A DNA stretch of 64,000 nt from Eremomyces bilateralis CBS 781.70. Taxonomy: Eukaryota. The notes under the pieces were generated by a model. The model was not told the origin of the DNA. It worked only from the letters and a program-made list of their open reading frames with translations, and searched no databases. The translations under genes and the position numbers were made by a program. Of the stretch, positions 41,498 through 56,900 are shown piece after piece; the first letter of the stretch is position 1; every line of letters begins with the position of its first letter. The DNA lies in the NCBI GenBank assembly GCA_010015585.1, contig ML975170.1; one strand, 5' to 3'.

Positions 41498-41899
41498 TGT
41501 CTCCGGCTTTGTTGACACTTCCGGTACTTAGTAGTGGGTGCTAGCGAGCGGCTCGGATTGAGTAATGAGTAAAGACAACTTTGTAGATGCCTTGGAGGTA
41601 GGAAGGTCCCTATTCTTCAACTGAGTTCTCCGTTCGCCGGTATAGCGGAAGAAATAAAAGAATACCGGTAATGGTACGAAGTCCATGCCAGGAGCCAGCA
41701 AACACCAAGGCTCGTCCGGGAAAAAGCACACATATCAGGAGCCCCTCTTCTTCGTCAGCCCCTATTTTGGTCAGCTTGCAACACCAAATATACACAACGT
41801 ATAGATCACTTTGCTCTACAATAGATCAACCGATTGAAATTTATATCTATTCTAATTGAATTTGTAGGCAAAGCGACTCAAAATCATCCTTTTGTGCGT

Positions 41900-42600
41900 C
41901 TTTAGGAATGTCCCGCGTTGCGGCGATATTTTTTGACAGCATTTTGTTCCGCCTTCTATGCCGCCTCTTCCACAGCCACAATCTGATTAATTCTTACAAA
42001 TCTTTCGTTCTGATCAACCTGTATCTACTCTCTTCTTCTTTTTGCCTGTAGATCCGCCTAGATCAAGAATGTTTTTCTGGGACTGTGCAAGTTGCGCTTT
42101 AAGTGCGGTGACTTTGGTATTCGTCACCGAAAATGCCTTGAACAATTTCCTCTGGAGCCCCCGGAAATCCCGCGCGGTCATGCCGTCGTATTGCTGTAAA
42201 TATATATGTCTTTGGGCCTTTTGGCGTAGCGAATGTATAGTCATATTGAGGTGTAGGGGGCAGGGGTCACAGTGCGTTGTATAATATGGTTTCGTTCAAT
42301 TAGTAGCTATTTAATACTTTGATTGGGTTGAAGGAGACCATTGCTGTTCCGCGGAACCCAGCACGAATATTATAAAGTGTCAAGGCTTCAAATCGCGACT
42401 TACTGTATATTTTTTAAATTATGCTTTTTGACAGGTGCAGAGTCATCATGAGAGGATAATAAGGACAATTGCTTACGGTACTTGGCCTTTAGGGGGGAGA
42501 AACAAGCGATATCAAGGGGCTGTAGAAGGTGGTATTTGTGATGACCTAGTTATATGACTATATCCCTTCTTAAAGGTAGGTTATATCATTAGAACCTCTG
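41900..42600 (-). mobile_element. Degenerate Fot1/pogo-type (DDE_1) DNA transposase fragment
   Basis: Minus strand reads HLLQPLDIACFSPLKAKYRKQL...DDSAPVKK (from ~42531), then across frameshifts SRFEALTLYNIRAGFRGT...FNP, RKLFKAF...KKKKRV and DQNERFVRINQI...AA*. AT-rich; boundaries approximate. Confidence 0.8.
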
Positions 42601-42951
42601 AGTTTTGACTGAGCAATACAAAGTACAACTGTCCGAGATGCTAGAGGGGCCAACAAGTTAGCGAAGACTACAGATCGTGAACAGACTGGACACGTATCAG
42701 GAAGGCTTTAATAAAGCTTCAATTGTATTTGGATATGGACTGCCTTAACCTCGTCACCAGCCTTTCCCTCCGCATTCATCAAATCCATCCTGTCGAGACG
42801 TAAAGGTAGCAATGGAATGTAAAAAGCAAATCCTTTTTATTCTACAATAAGAGAAGGTACAGAACAATGATGTGCAATCCCAGCCGTGCGAACGCCGGTC
42901 TAAAGCTTGCTATGTGAAATAGGTATCATGCGCTAGCCATGGCGAATGCGA

Positions 42952-45220
42952 TCATAGCTCATCGTGCACGCTGGGCTCATCGTCCTCGCCATCGTCACCG
43001 GAACCAGCAGCGCCGTAGAGTTTGCTGGTGATGGGGTAGGCGACGTTGCTGAGCTTCTCCTTCTGCTCCTCCAGGTCCTCGGACGTTGCCGTGGCAGCGT
43101 TCTCTTCAAGCCAATCCTGGGTTTCCTTGACGGCCTCGAGGATCTAGATGGAGTTAGTGGGCGCTTCGGTAGGAAGGCGAGGGAAAACTTACCGTCTCCT
43201 TGTCGTCTTCGTCAATCTTGCCGCCAAGTCCCTCGTCGTCATTGACCTGGTTCTTCAGGCTGAAAGCGTAGTTCTCCAGGCCGTTGCGAGCTTCGATGCG
43301 CTCACGAGTAGCCTTATCTTCATCGGCGTACTTCTCCGCCTCGGCCACCATACGTTCGATTTCTTCGGCGCTCAAGCGACCTTTGTCGTTCGTGATGGTG
43401 ATGGACTCTGACTTGCCGGTTCCCTTGTCACCAGCCGAGACCTTCAAGATGCCGTTGGCGTCGAGCTCGAAGGCAACCTCGATTTGAGGTACACCACGGG
43501 GCGCGGGAGGGATGCCGGTAAGTTCGAATTTCCCGAGGTTGTTATTGTCCTTGGTCATGGATCGCTCGCCCTCGTAAACCTGGATCAGAACGACGGGCTG
43601 GTTGTCTGCTGCGGTCGAGAAGATCTGGCTCTTACGGGTGGGGATCGTGGTACCACGTTTGATCAAAGTGGTCATGACACCGCCAGTGGTCTCAATACCA
43701 AGAGTCAACGGATTCACGTCCATCAGGATAATCTGGCTGGTGGCATCATCGCCACTCAGGATACCACCCTGAACAGCAGCACCATATGCGACAGCTTCAT
43801 CAGGGTTCACATCCTTGCGGGCTTTCTTTCCGAAGAATTCCTCAAGCATAGCCTGGACCTTGGGGATACGAGTTGAACCGCCGACGAGGACAATGTCATC
43901 AATATCGCCCTTCTTGAGCTTGGCATCTTTCAGCACCTGCTCAACCGGCTTCAAAGTCTTCTTGAAAAGGTCGTTGTTGAGTTCCTCGAACTTGGCTCGG
44001 GTGAGTGTCTCGGAGAAGTCTTGGCCGTCATGGAAGGACTCGATTTCAATACGGGTGGACATTTGAGAAGAACTGGAGTCAATGTTAGCCATTGCGGGGA
44101 TAATCTCACTAGGTGCACTTACAGGGTTCGCTTTGCTTTCTCGACTTCACGCTTCAGCTTGCCCATGGTCTTGGGGTTCTTGGTGATGTCGGTATTGTGT
44201 GCCTTATTATACTTCTTGGCGAAGAAGTTCACAATACGCTGATCGAAGTCCTCACCGCCGAGATGAGTATCACCAGCGGTTGATTGCACCTCGAAGACAC
44301 CATCCTCAAGAGTCAGGATGGATACATCGAACGTGCCACCACCAAGGTCGTAGACAATGATCTGGCGTTCTCCTTCACCTTTGTCCAAGCCATATGCGAG
44401 AGCCGCGGCGGTCGGTTCGTTGACGACACGAAGAACGTTCAAGCCAGCGATAGTACCGGCATCCTTGGTTGCCGCTCGTTGGGCATCGTTGAAGTAGGCG
44501 GGGACGGTGACGACAGCGTTGACGATCTTCTCTCCAAGATAGGATTCGGCAACTTCTTTCATCTTGCCCAAAACCATGGCGCTGATCTCTTCCGGTGTGA
44601 ACGTCGTGTCATCACTAAACTTTGGTCAGCCACTTATCTAGCAGATACTCAAATTTCTGACTTACCCATGGACATCAACCTGGACACGTGGCTGGCCACC
44701 CTTGTTGAGGACTTTGAAGGGGAAGTGTTTGATATCGGATTGGACCTCTTTCTCCTCAAACTTCCGGCCGATTAGGCGCTTCACGTCGTAACTAGAATAA
44801 TCCCATGAGTCCATGTTTAACCTGCAGAGCTATTGACACTTACACTGTCCGCCGGGGATTGCTGGCAAATTGATTCTTTGCGGCGTCTCCTATCAACCGT
44901 TCCTCATCTGTGAATGCGACCCAAGACGGTGTGATTCGGTTTCCTTGGTCGTTGGCAAGGATTTCGACCTTTCCACCCTTCATTACACCGACACAAGAGT
45001 AGGTAGTACCCAAATCAATACCGATAACCGGACCTTGGACTTTGCCATTGTTCTCACTCAACGGTACCTGATCTTCAGCCTTCGCGGTTCCCACCAGAAG
45101 CATGGGGACCATGAGGACAAGACATAGATAGAGAAGAGTAGACCATTGGAAGCGGGATGACTTTGTTTGACGCTGCGATAACCGCGAGGGTGACCGCGAG
45201 CGCGATCGAGGAGGTGCCAT
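42952..45220 (-). CDS. KAR2: ER Hsp70 chaperone BiP; 5 exons
   Basis: Signal peptide, [38 protein letters not shown]-terminal HDEL* (TGA 42954-42952). Confidence 0.98.
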
Positions 45221-45440
45221 AATGGTCACCTATGTGAAATGGAGTGTGGGAGAATGCAGAAGGGGGAATGGGGAGGGTGAGACACCTCAAGAAAAGAAAA
45301 GAAAAGAAAAGGCCAGTTGTTCTCACTGGGGGCAATGAGGCAGGTGGTGTAAAATTGGGAGGTCGTGGAGAAGGGGAAGAAAGATTTATATCAAGAAATT
45401 ATTGACAAGTGTTAGGTACTGAACTTGAAGCTCCAACTGA

Positions 45441-45552
45441 ATGACACCTGTCCAGTGCGGCGTCGGACACTGCGGTTAATGTTCGGCACTAGTTTACAAT
45501 CGTACTTGCCACGCACGTGATATCTGGATACACCTTACATTTTCACGTGACA
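45441..45552 (-). promoter_or_regulatory. Candidate UPR/bZIP/E-box elements in the BiP promoter
   Basis: GGACAGGTGTCA on the minus strand (one base short of the yeast UPRE GGACAGCGTGTC) plus two CACGTG cores within ~110 nt. Confidence 0.35.
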
Positions 45553-45752
45553 TATACGGCTATCTCTGTCACGCCGGACTGACACTTGCCGTTTCTCTGG
45601 TGAATATAACTTTAGGACTCTGCAGACTCTGCAGTGTCCTAAAGTAGTGCAGACGATCTTGAAACGCCAAAGGACTGATGTATTCTTGTTGCATTCTAGC
45701 TCAGCAATTATTCATTATTGCCGCTGTTGTGTCACACATGTATATACCATGT

Positions 45753-47294
<1,542 letters not shown>

Positions 47295-47423
47295 TTAAAA
47301 TAGAATCTGGCGATTTAGAGAATTCAATGAAGCAAGTTCCCGGGCCTTTCGGTATATATATTGCCGTAGATCGCATCCAAAGCCTTGAGTTTCTTGGCTG
47401 CACGTTAAACTTGCCTCACTGAG

Positions 47424-47430
47424 TTAGTAA
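47424..47430. promoter_or_regulatory. Yap1 response element (TTACTAA) upstream of the old yellow enzyme
   Basis: TTAGTAA on + (TTACTAA on -), ~180 nt upstream of the ATG, with a TATATA tract between it and the gene. Confidence 0.5.
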
Positions 47431-47915
47431 ATAATTCCGAGCTCGGCATAGGTTTCGGCGCTTAGAAATCAAACCTTAAACCGAGAAATTTTGATCTTCA
47501 CCAAAGAATGGCTAGTTTTGCCTCAAACTACAATTTCAACGGTGGTGGAATCGCTGTGTGTATAATTTACGGGTACTTTAACGTCATCGATCCCGCATAT
47601 CATTGGCTCCCCTCAACTTCTTTTTCAAACCAACTGGAGTGCGTGAGATATATCTGTACCTACCGGTAGGTATTATGTACGCGAATATGAACAAGGCGCG
47701 AGTCCATCTTAGAAATTGAGAGCCCTTTACTTTGATGCCCTCCTTAGCGTATATCTCTAGCTAGAGGCACCGCAAGCCGAAACAAGTAACGATCGAGCCG
47801 CAAATCTTCGACGGTGACGGGGTATATAACGATTGTTGAGCGTCTTCGACAGCCATGGGGAATCCTTCCGGGCCATCAATTCCTCTTTCGGAAACTCCAG
47901 CTTGTACAGCCAGGC

Positions 47916-49744
47916 TTACCAACCATCGAGCGGCTTCATGTTGAGCATGAGATTCTTTGGCTTCGATGTTGGCCCGCCACTCTGGGGTTCCATCCGATAG
48001 TCCGGATCCGCGAAGGATATGTCGAATCGCCCGACCCATGCGGCCAAGAGGCACGCAAACTCCGCCTTTGCAAAGTTTTGCCCGATGCAGCTCCTTGGAC
48101 CGTGTAAGAAGGTGAGGAAAGAGAAGTTGCTTTCAGCCCCTCCACTGTTGCTCTTCCCCGGCGCCAGCCACCGCTCGGGCTTGAATTCCGCGGCATCTTG
48201 ACCCCACAGCTCTTTGCTACGATTGACGGCCCATGGCGCCAGAATGACCGTGGTGCCTTTGGGAATTCGATTTCCAAGGATGGTCGTATCATGTGCGGCT
48301 ATGCGCAGCGTAAGAGCCACAGGTGGCAGTAACCTGGACGCTTCGTTGCACACCGCATTCAGATATGGCAAGCGGTCGAGCTCAGCGGCGGAAATGGACG
48401 AGTTAGGGTTCGAGAGAGATGGAAGAGAGGTTCGAACTTCTTCGCGCAGTCTTTCTTGAACATCGCGGTGCTCGCAAAGAAGGTACGAAGCCCATGCCAT
48501 GCTTGATGCTGTCGTTTCATGACCCGCGGCCAGGAAAGTCATCAGTTGGTTGACCAAATCCTCGTCGCAGAAACCGCCCGACTGTAACGCCACCGATATA
48601 ATGTCGACATCTGTCGATTCGCCTTTCTCCAGCTTTTCCCGCTTTGCTCGGATGAGATCTCGCGACACATCCTTGATGGTTTCCGCCGCCTTAACGTTTC
48701 TCGAATTTCCAGAGAAAGGAAGCATCCTGAGAAACCAAGAGGGAAAGACAAACTGGGCTATAGCAAAGTACTTCGCTGCTCCTGATGGTGATCGAAAGAC
48801 GGTACGATATGTCTTGTACAGTGTGCTCTCTTCGTCCTGAACGGCTCGAAAATCCTGGGCCATCCCCGCAACTCCAATTATGTCTAATGTCACCCGACTG
48901 GGCCAGCTTGCTGCATCGAACACTGCACTGTCTCTTTTCACACCGCCTTCTTCATCTGGCTGATGAACTTCGGCTGCCATGGCGTTGGTAACCTCGCGAG
49001 CTTTGGACCAGAACACGGGGTAGAGATCCTTGATGTGACGGAATGCGAAGGCAGGCATGAGATGTTTTCGTTGGCGCTGTTGATATAAGTTCAATTATCT
49101 CACACCCACATCTAGAAATGCTATTGCTTACCTTATGTTCATCACCTTCAGCTAGCAAAATCCCAAAGCCAAGTACCCTACGACATATATTAGCACTCAT
49201 ACACTACAAAATTTCACGGTTCAAATAGCTGGAGAGCATACTGTCCAAGTCCCCTCCTTAACTGGTCCGGTTTGATGAAGGTGTAGCTCTTCGCCACCAG
49301 AACCTCCGCTAGAGCCTTCGGAGATGTCACCAGAACTCTCTCGTTATTAAACATATGGTGGTATAGGATGAGTCCTTCATTCGGGATTTCATTGATCCAC
49401 CGTTCCATGGGTACGCCATTGGGATCACGAAGAATAGTAGGAAATTGCCCGGCTATCAATGAGCCCCCCTATTTATGGGTTAGCGTGTTAAACATGCCAC
49501 AAATTTCGCGCGGGATAGATATCCAGGTGCCATCACTTACTGGGACCTTGGGTAGATAACGCAGAGGACTAAAGATGTGGGGATAGAGGAACAATTTCCA
49601 TATTGCGAAGGCGGAGAACTGGATGCTAAAGATTGCCAAAAACGTCCTAACAAGAGAGCTTTGAATGGAATAGGCTGGAGCAACCCGTAGAAGGCATAGG
49701 GATAATGCAAATGCACTTAGCAAGAGATAGGAAATTGTGCCCAT
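47916..49744 (-). CDS. Cytochrome P450 monooxygenase; 4 exons
   Basis: N-terminal membrane anchor, GILLAEGDEHK, FLAAGHETT (I-helix), EASR (ExxR), PERW, FLHGPRSCIG (heme Cys). Confidence 0.95.
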
Positions 49745-51846
49745 TGCGAAATCAGTAGCGATGCCAGTCGAATATCCAAATCAAGACAGGAGACGCAGCT
49801 GGTTGGCCTGTTTAGAACTGTTGAAGAGCATTAATGTAGCTGATCTGACAGGTCGCTGGTATTCCCACCAAGTTAAATGGTATCCTTGAGGCTTGAGCAA
49901 TGCTACATATAGGAAAAAACAGACGACATGCGATGACGAGTCCTTTAGAGGCCTGAGTTACGGGAGCCATCTACCCGGCGTGCAAAAGAATGTTCCTGCT
50001 CCGCACCAGACCCTGACAATGAGCGATGGGTAAGGCTGGGTGTGGACGACTCGAGAGTTTGGAGTGCATGGATCGAAGACAGATTGTGCAGTTTACTCCG
50101 CACGGCGCAATCATCACCCCGATGTTTAGGCGACTCGATTACGCCGCGCCGTTTTCCACGTACTAATTATGCAAAGCGAATGAATCTGATCCCCCTCTAG
50201 GGTGGGGATTAGGTTACTATAATAGTTAACTTAGTTACTGAGACCTGAGAAGGTAATTAGTTCGTCACCTTTGACGTCCTCCAGTCCACCACTCCGTGTA
50301 ACCAGGGGTAATTTACGAGCGACTTCATTGAAAGAATGCAAGCCGGTAATACTATGCCTCTGGAGGCCACGTAGGTCAAAAACGAGGGAGTGATGTATAC
50401 CTTTGAGGCCCTAGTGGGATGCTTCAAGACTGTCAATGTCTTCAATTGACAATTCCTAACGCAGACCCGACTTTCTAGTATCGGTCCAAATCATGGGAGA
50501 GTCCAGTTCCGTCGTTGGCAGACTCGGTTTGGTTTGATAACTGTCAAGTCTTAATTTGATGCATTCGAACATGTACTCTAGGAGGGTAGAGCACCCAGAT
50601 AAAGATAAATACCTATTGTATTTTATCTCTATTTGTACATGTATCCAGCTAATTCTCGGAATAATGTTGCTGAAATTGGTTCTCGCCGGACCCCTCGCGA
50701 TCCACATCCCTCACCATCTGCTCCAACGGGCATTTCCATGGTCGAGCCTCTTCCAGTGAGGCGGATCGGCGTCGCCCATCTCCCCTGATCGCTTGAGGTT
50801 CATCACCGGGGGTCCCTTCGCGATTGGCAGGCAGATTAGGGGAGAGGAAGGGCGGAGGTGGTGGGAAGAGAAGTTGGATTTGGGGGTTTCCTTGGTGCCA
50901 TTATGGCTGTCGCTTGGGAATATATGCTGGTTACCGTCTTAACAATGGCTTAAGGAAAGAAGATTCAGTTTGATACTTGGAATTGCGGGAATTCCTCACT
51001 TATATTTCCTATATAAACCATGATCATGTGTACCAGGTACCCATTGCATGGTCCGTTTCCACCATCGGCTCTTTCCAGTCTTCAGTCATTCCAGTGAGTT
51101 TCTCGTTTCCAAGCTTGTCTTGCCAATGGCTCTCCCCATCATCGTTTCAAACCCAACTGGACGAATCCTACTTTGGACGTCTTCGCCAGCCTACGTAAAC
51201 AGAGTCGTAAGTATCAACCTACTAGATTACAGGTACCTCTCCAGAGGGCGCAAGCCGAAAAGAAGACAACGATGAAGTTTTGATTCACTGGTGGCATGCT
51301 TCAGGGCCATGAATTTCTTCCACCACTGATGTAGTGTATCGATAAGCGTAGTGATTGCGTCTGGCCATGATAATTCTACCATAAATTTAGTGTGCTGTTG
51401 ATATTATGGCCATCGAACAAAACTCAATATTGATTATCAACTCTACCACAAAGGAAAGGGCATCAGACAGGCAAGGACTGGAAAGTGTGGGGCGTATTGG
51501 CCTGTTCATCGGCTTGAAAAAGCATTAGGAACAACTATGGTAGGAAAAGCAGTGGTATGAAAAGCAGGACCAACATGATCCTGCGACTGATATAACAACA
51601 AAACAAGAAAGAAAAATCGAGACCCAGGGTATTTATCATGAACCCGTAACACCCGTGCTCCATGTCGTCGCCGGACAAGATGCAGGAGTGGCTCGAAGTG
51701 TGAACCTTCCACCAAGGCACCAATGATAATGAAAATGTCTGCAACTCCAAGGTTCTCCGCAGACCCAAACTCCTCGCTCCTCGCTATTCATTGTGTGGAT
51801 GAGACACTGACATCAAGACAGGAGCATCTCTTGTGGAGTGCTCCCC

Positions 51847-52519
51847 TCACTCCTGGTCCTCCTGGTTCTCCTGATCCTCAGCAAGAGCTTCCAAGCGTTC
51901 TCGTTCGGTCACAAAGCCATCAGCAGACAGGCAGATCTCCCCCTCAATCGTGTGCACGACATCCCAATCAGCCACGCCATTCACCAACGGGGGCGCCACT
52001 CGTCTCAGCCAAGTCTCTTCATCTTCATCAGAGCGTTGTTCGTAGTCTTCCTCAGATTCGGCATTGGTAGTGGGTTGAGGGGAGTTATCACGATCAGCGA
52101 AGAGACGCGCGAGGTCGGAGGGGGGTCGGGGAACGTCGTCCAAGGGATGGGATTGTGCGACGTCAATCAGCTGGCTGAGAATGGTTGAGAATGTCAGTTC
52201 TTTGGGAAGATGGGAGGGCTGAATGGATCACACTTACTCCGAGGTCTGGGCACACAGCCGCTCTAAAGCATCACGTTGCCTGCCAATTTCCTCGGGGTCG
52301 GTCTGTTGGAGATTGCTAGAGGCGACGGCACCGTAGGCATGCTGATATCCTTCTCCAAGCAATTGAGAGGTATCGGACTGAACAAAGGGAGTGGATTAGC
52401 ATTGGTAGTACGACATCCAGAGGGATGCGAGACCTGTCACAAGGGGAAAATTGAATGCGGGCACTCACAGTTGGAGTGGAAGATCGCTCCCTCCCAAGAC
52501 AGGACATGCAGATTCCCAT
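51847..52519 (-). CDS. Ego1/Meh1/LAMTOR1-like lipidated vacuolar scaffold; 3 exons
   Basis: MGICMSCLG (Gly2 myristoylation plus Cys palmitoylation pattern), spliced to SDTSQLL...AYGAV...RQRDALERLCAQTSD/QLIDV. Introns GTGAGT...CTAAT...CAG and GTAAGT...CTGAC...CAG. Confidence 0.7.
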
Positions 52520-53940
52520 TTTGTACGGTAATGAACGAACGAATGAGACAATGAAAGCAAGAGAGCTAGGATGAGCTTGGAAGGAACGCTGGGAATGCTC
52601 TGTTAGGCAGAATGAAGGAATGGACCTGAACAATGTTTCGATATGCAATTCGATATGCAGTGTAGAAGTTGGTGAGTGTAAACATTGAACTCGACGAAGT
52701 GACATAATTAAGAGGAACCAAATGCAGTGAAGCAGATCAACAGATTGTCGTATGCAGGCCGCACGCCGCACGCCGGAGGAGGCAAGGCGACGAGGCAATA
52801 AGGCGACGAGGCACTGAGGCGTTATGGCGATGCAATGTGGCTGCCTGGATGCGGTTGTGGCGGTGAGGAGGTTATGCCGTATGCCGGTATGCGTGTGATT
52901 AGCTGATTATGTAATCAGAAGAGCAAAAGGGAGGGTGGTCTGTGGTCTGTGGAGTTTCACTCTGGCTGGGTGAAAAACCCCCTGTCCTGGCACAGAGCCA
53001 CAGACCTCCATGTCGTTTTGAAAGGAAGCATGAACATCAGTTCAGTTGATGAACCGAAGCAAAACAAGACAAGCAACTGCAGTATTCTATCAAGTATTTC
53101 ATCAGATGTCTACATGTGTTCTCAAACACCTGCTGGCCTTGTTGCCCCACCAATTTTTGGCATAGAACTGTCAGATACTACCAGACATGTAGGTAGAGTA
53201 AAGTATCTCTCAGTTGAGGACAGCCGTACGTAATAGAACCAGTCGATCACTGTAACTCTACATTGCTTTCGAGTGAGAGCACTGAGCACATATCCCGACC
53301 TTCTGATTATGTAGTGTTTCATAATATGATATATGTCAAGTTATGTACCGAGTGCCGCCCCCTGACATTCACACACGCGTTCATTCAGTCACTGAAATGC
53401 ATTCCTTTCAAATTTGATAACCTCTCCGTCACCCCCCTCTCTTCTCAATGGGATAGTCTATCCATATCTCTGACATGCATCAATTCTTTTAGCCTGTCAA
53501 AGAAGAGTTCCAGTTTCTGACGTTGTAGAAATGGCCGGCGTTGGGGAATTCCGGAATGCCTGGGTGGAGGAGTCTGTTTCCGGCTTTCCGGCTTCCCCCA
53601 CCCGAAGCAAGGGAATGTTTCAGACATCATGCCTCTATCCCACTCTCCTCTTCCTTGTGCAAGAGGATATTCTCCGATCCTGACTGAAGAAGTAAAAGTC
53701 AGTGGCTGTCGTGATGCAAGGCAACTTCTTCGGACTGACACGGTCGCGTGCTGGAGTTTCGTGTCTTTTGTGTTGAGCCGTTGAACCACACTACTCAATT
53801 TCTCGGTGGCTAACTTCAGGTACGGAAGTCCTAGATTGATCGGGCTTTGTATATCAAAATGTGTACGCACTTCTATCCTTTTCGGTTTCATCAGTCTCTC
53901 CGCGCTTGTTGGAGTCAGCTTCTGTCGTTTAGACTCTCTC

Positions 53941-56900
53941 ATGAAAATGTTGTACATTTATTCTTGCAAGGTTATTGCCATCCTTATTTCCCTCTCGTTC
54001 GCTTCTGCTCGCTTAGCCATTCTTCCGAAGCACTTATTTCAAATAAAAGACGAAGGATCCCATCATGCCGATGTCGATAAGCGGCAGTTTGTCGGCTCAT
54101 GCGATATGAACGAGACGTATTAGAACGTTATTGTGTCCTCAATCAGTGATGACCGTTGTTCTGCGCGACCTGACTTGACCAATCTCTGTCTACATCATAT
54201 GACGTAGCAACTTCAGTCGCGTAAGCATCACTTTCGGTCCGAATTGACAATTTCATGGCCTGGGTACTGACGCAAAAGTTAGGCCTGTGGGCCGAACAAC
54301 GTGCGCTTTATTCAGATACACCGGTGGTGGGGCCACAACGGTCACCGTAACCAGCACGCAGGTTGTGACCACCCCTCCTCCGGACAGAAACCGAGCCGTG
54401 ATCTTGCCTGGCCAGAGTCTATGAGAACAGGGTGATGCTGGCCTCATCAGCGCTGCACAGCAAGTACTGGCAGGAGAGTCAAGGTCGTTAGATGAAGCCT
54501 CGGCAGCGGGGTTCTCAAGCGCCCGCAGTTGTGCGCAAGAACATAACCCTGTGGTTGTTTCTCCTCTGTTTACGTGGGCAACACGTCTGTGGCACCCACG
54601 GTGGTAACCTCTCTGGTAGCCCCTTTTATACCCTTCCTGACATCCAAATCTAGACTGAGTACAATGATGTCGTTGGGATCTACCTGCCATCGAGACAACG
54701 ACCATGCATAGTGTGCCTAGCTCTACCTCTACGTTCCCCTCTAGCATTGAAACCACTCTACTCCCTCAAAATACTGGTCTGTCACCCTCGTTAGGCAGCG
54801 GGGCTGGGATGCCCCCTGACTGTGATGGAAATGAGACGCTGGACGATATCAGTTATATCTTCGACGGGTATTGCTATGGATTTACCGTCTCCTGTGGCGA
54901 GCCCTTGGTGCAGAACGATGTTTTCGCACAAGGCCGAGTCGCCGCCGCCGCCCGATTGTGCGGGGTCATGTGCCGCTTACGACACTTACCTGCATTCGCC
55001 CCTATGCATAGGTTTTACATTTTACGATGGAGAATTGGAAGAGTGCAGTTGTTTTCTTTTCGAAGAGACGGCCGAACGGTATTTCCAAAACGGAACCCTA
55101 AGTGGAGTTTTGGATATCATCGCCCAAATCGACAATACGACCCGAAACATGGAATGCTGCCACAGCCAGTCCCGGAAACGCATCTAGTACGGTATCGTTC
55201 GACCCTGCCACGATCAAACACCTGCCTAGTAATTCTGGAGGCACCGGTGGAGGGGGGTTGACATTCCTGACCCAGACCGTCAACAACAAATCGTCGGTTG
55301 AAACGGTAATTTCCACCGTGCTTAGCGGAGGATCGGCTGGTGGTACGGCTGGCGGTGAAGTGACTTTTCCGACGACCTAGGCCACCATTAACGGGACCAC
55401 CGTTGAGACGGTCACTTCTACCATCCTTAGCGGAGGGTCGACTGATGGTACTGGCGGCAGTGGCGGCATTTTCCGCCCTGCAACAGTATCTTCTGATTTG
55501 ACGGACGGAGGAACCTCAGAGGCACCGGTGGTAGCGGTTCTCTCGATCCAACCGCATCCTCTGGTGCCACAGGACAGCAAACCGAAAGCGGCACCAGTGA
55601 CGTGGGCCCGATCCTCCCTACCCCGTCTCAGAGTATGTGGAGTTCGACATCGATATGGGCCTCGACTGGGACCATCATCCGGACCGGTATGAGCTCAGGT
55701 TTTTCTAGCGGAGGCACTGGCGGATCGGGCGTTACATTTCCCACGACCACGACACGGCTTTCAAGCCCTTCTCTGGCCACCATCACTACAATCAATGAGA
55801 CACGAACTCTCACGGCGACCGTTGGCAGCACTGGGGGCAGTGGCGGCGGTGGTAGTGATGGAGGTGACTCGACCCTCCCTACTTCAACTGCTACGTCCGA
55901 TTCGAGCATCGAGACAGGTCCGGTTGGTACAGGCTCATCTTGGCCGCCGTTCAGTATATCTAATACCGATCCCCAGACAGGACAACGGAGCACGAGCTCT
56001 CCATATACTGGCCTACCATCTTCGGATCTCCCGTATCCATATCGTAACACTACATCTGGCTCCCTTTCTTACCTCGCTCAAGGTGCCACTCGCCCTTCGT
56101 CCGGGACTCCTATCCCTTCTGTCAACGACACGTCGCGATCATATACCTTATCCAATACTGATGATGATCGCTCAAGGAATCGAACAACACCCACTCTTTC
56201 AGGTACACCCGTTCCTTCTGGGAATGAGACAACATCGTGGCAGTATACCTTCACCAATACGGACGAGGGCCGCACGAGGACTTTAAATAGGTCCACTGTC
56301 TCTTCAGGCATTCGCCTTCCTTCTGGCAACGAGAAAGCATCGTGACCGTATACCTTCACCAACACGGATGACAGTCACTCGAGGACTCGAACCACATTCC
56401 TCCCTTCTTTTGGTTTGCCGAGATCATACCTAAATTCAACAACCTCATATTCTGGGCTGGAGCCATCATCCGGGCGGCAGCCAGTCGAGACGTCCAATAG
56501 TACTTCAAGTCACAGCAGGTCTACCGCTGATGCTTCTCGAAGCGGAATCGCATACATAACGCCTCCTACGTCAAGCCTTTGCGAATGTTCCAATGCACCT
56601 AGCACGACCACGATAACCGAAACCTTTTCCACTACCATATATCAGACCTCGTCCGAAGTTCCAGAGTATCCATACGAGACGCCCACTGCCGGCAATGAGG
56701 ACGAAGACAGAAAACACCGACGCAGAAGAGGTGATGAAGCCACGCCATCTCAAATTGCATGGCCCTGTGCTGGTAGTAATTCGCAGGGTCCTAGGAATAT
56801 AGTCGTGAATGGGAATTTCTAGGCGTATGACACCAATGCAAACTTCGCAGTCGGTTGGATCCCGAAGACGGATCACCCTTCGGAATCTTTCTGGTCGTAC

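Noticed and set aside
47760..47925. P450 stop codon overlapping a GTAAGC donor-like sequence
   Set aside because: The protein already ends in a plausible PLDGW*, and I found no downstream branch/acceptor giving a meaningful extension.
50250..50910. Fragmented minus-strand frames starting MAPRKPP and a small AT-rich hairpin near 50604-50630
   Set aside because: The frames close quickly and resemble no family I recognise; a short AT-rich hairpin is expected by chance.
52778..52820. Short direct repeat AAGGCGACGAGGCA upstream of the Ego1-like gene
   Set aside because: A simple local duplication with no regular spacers; not CRISPR-like and not a motif I recognise.
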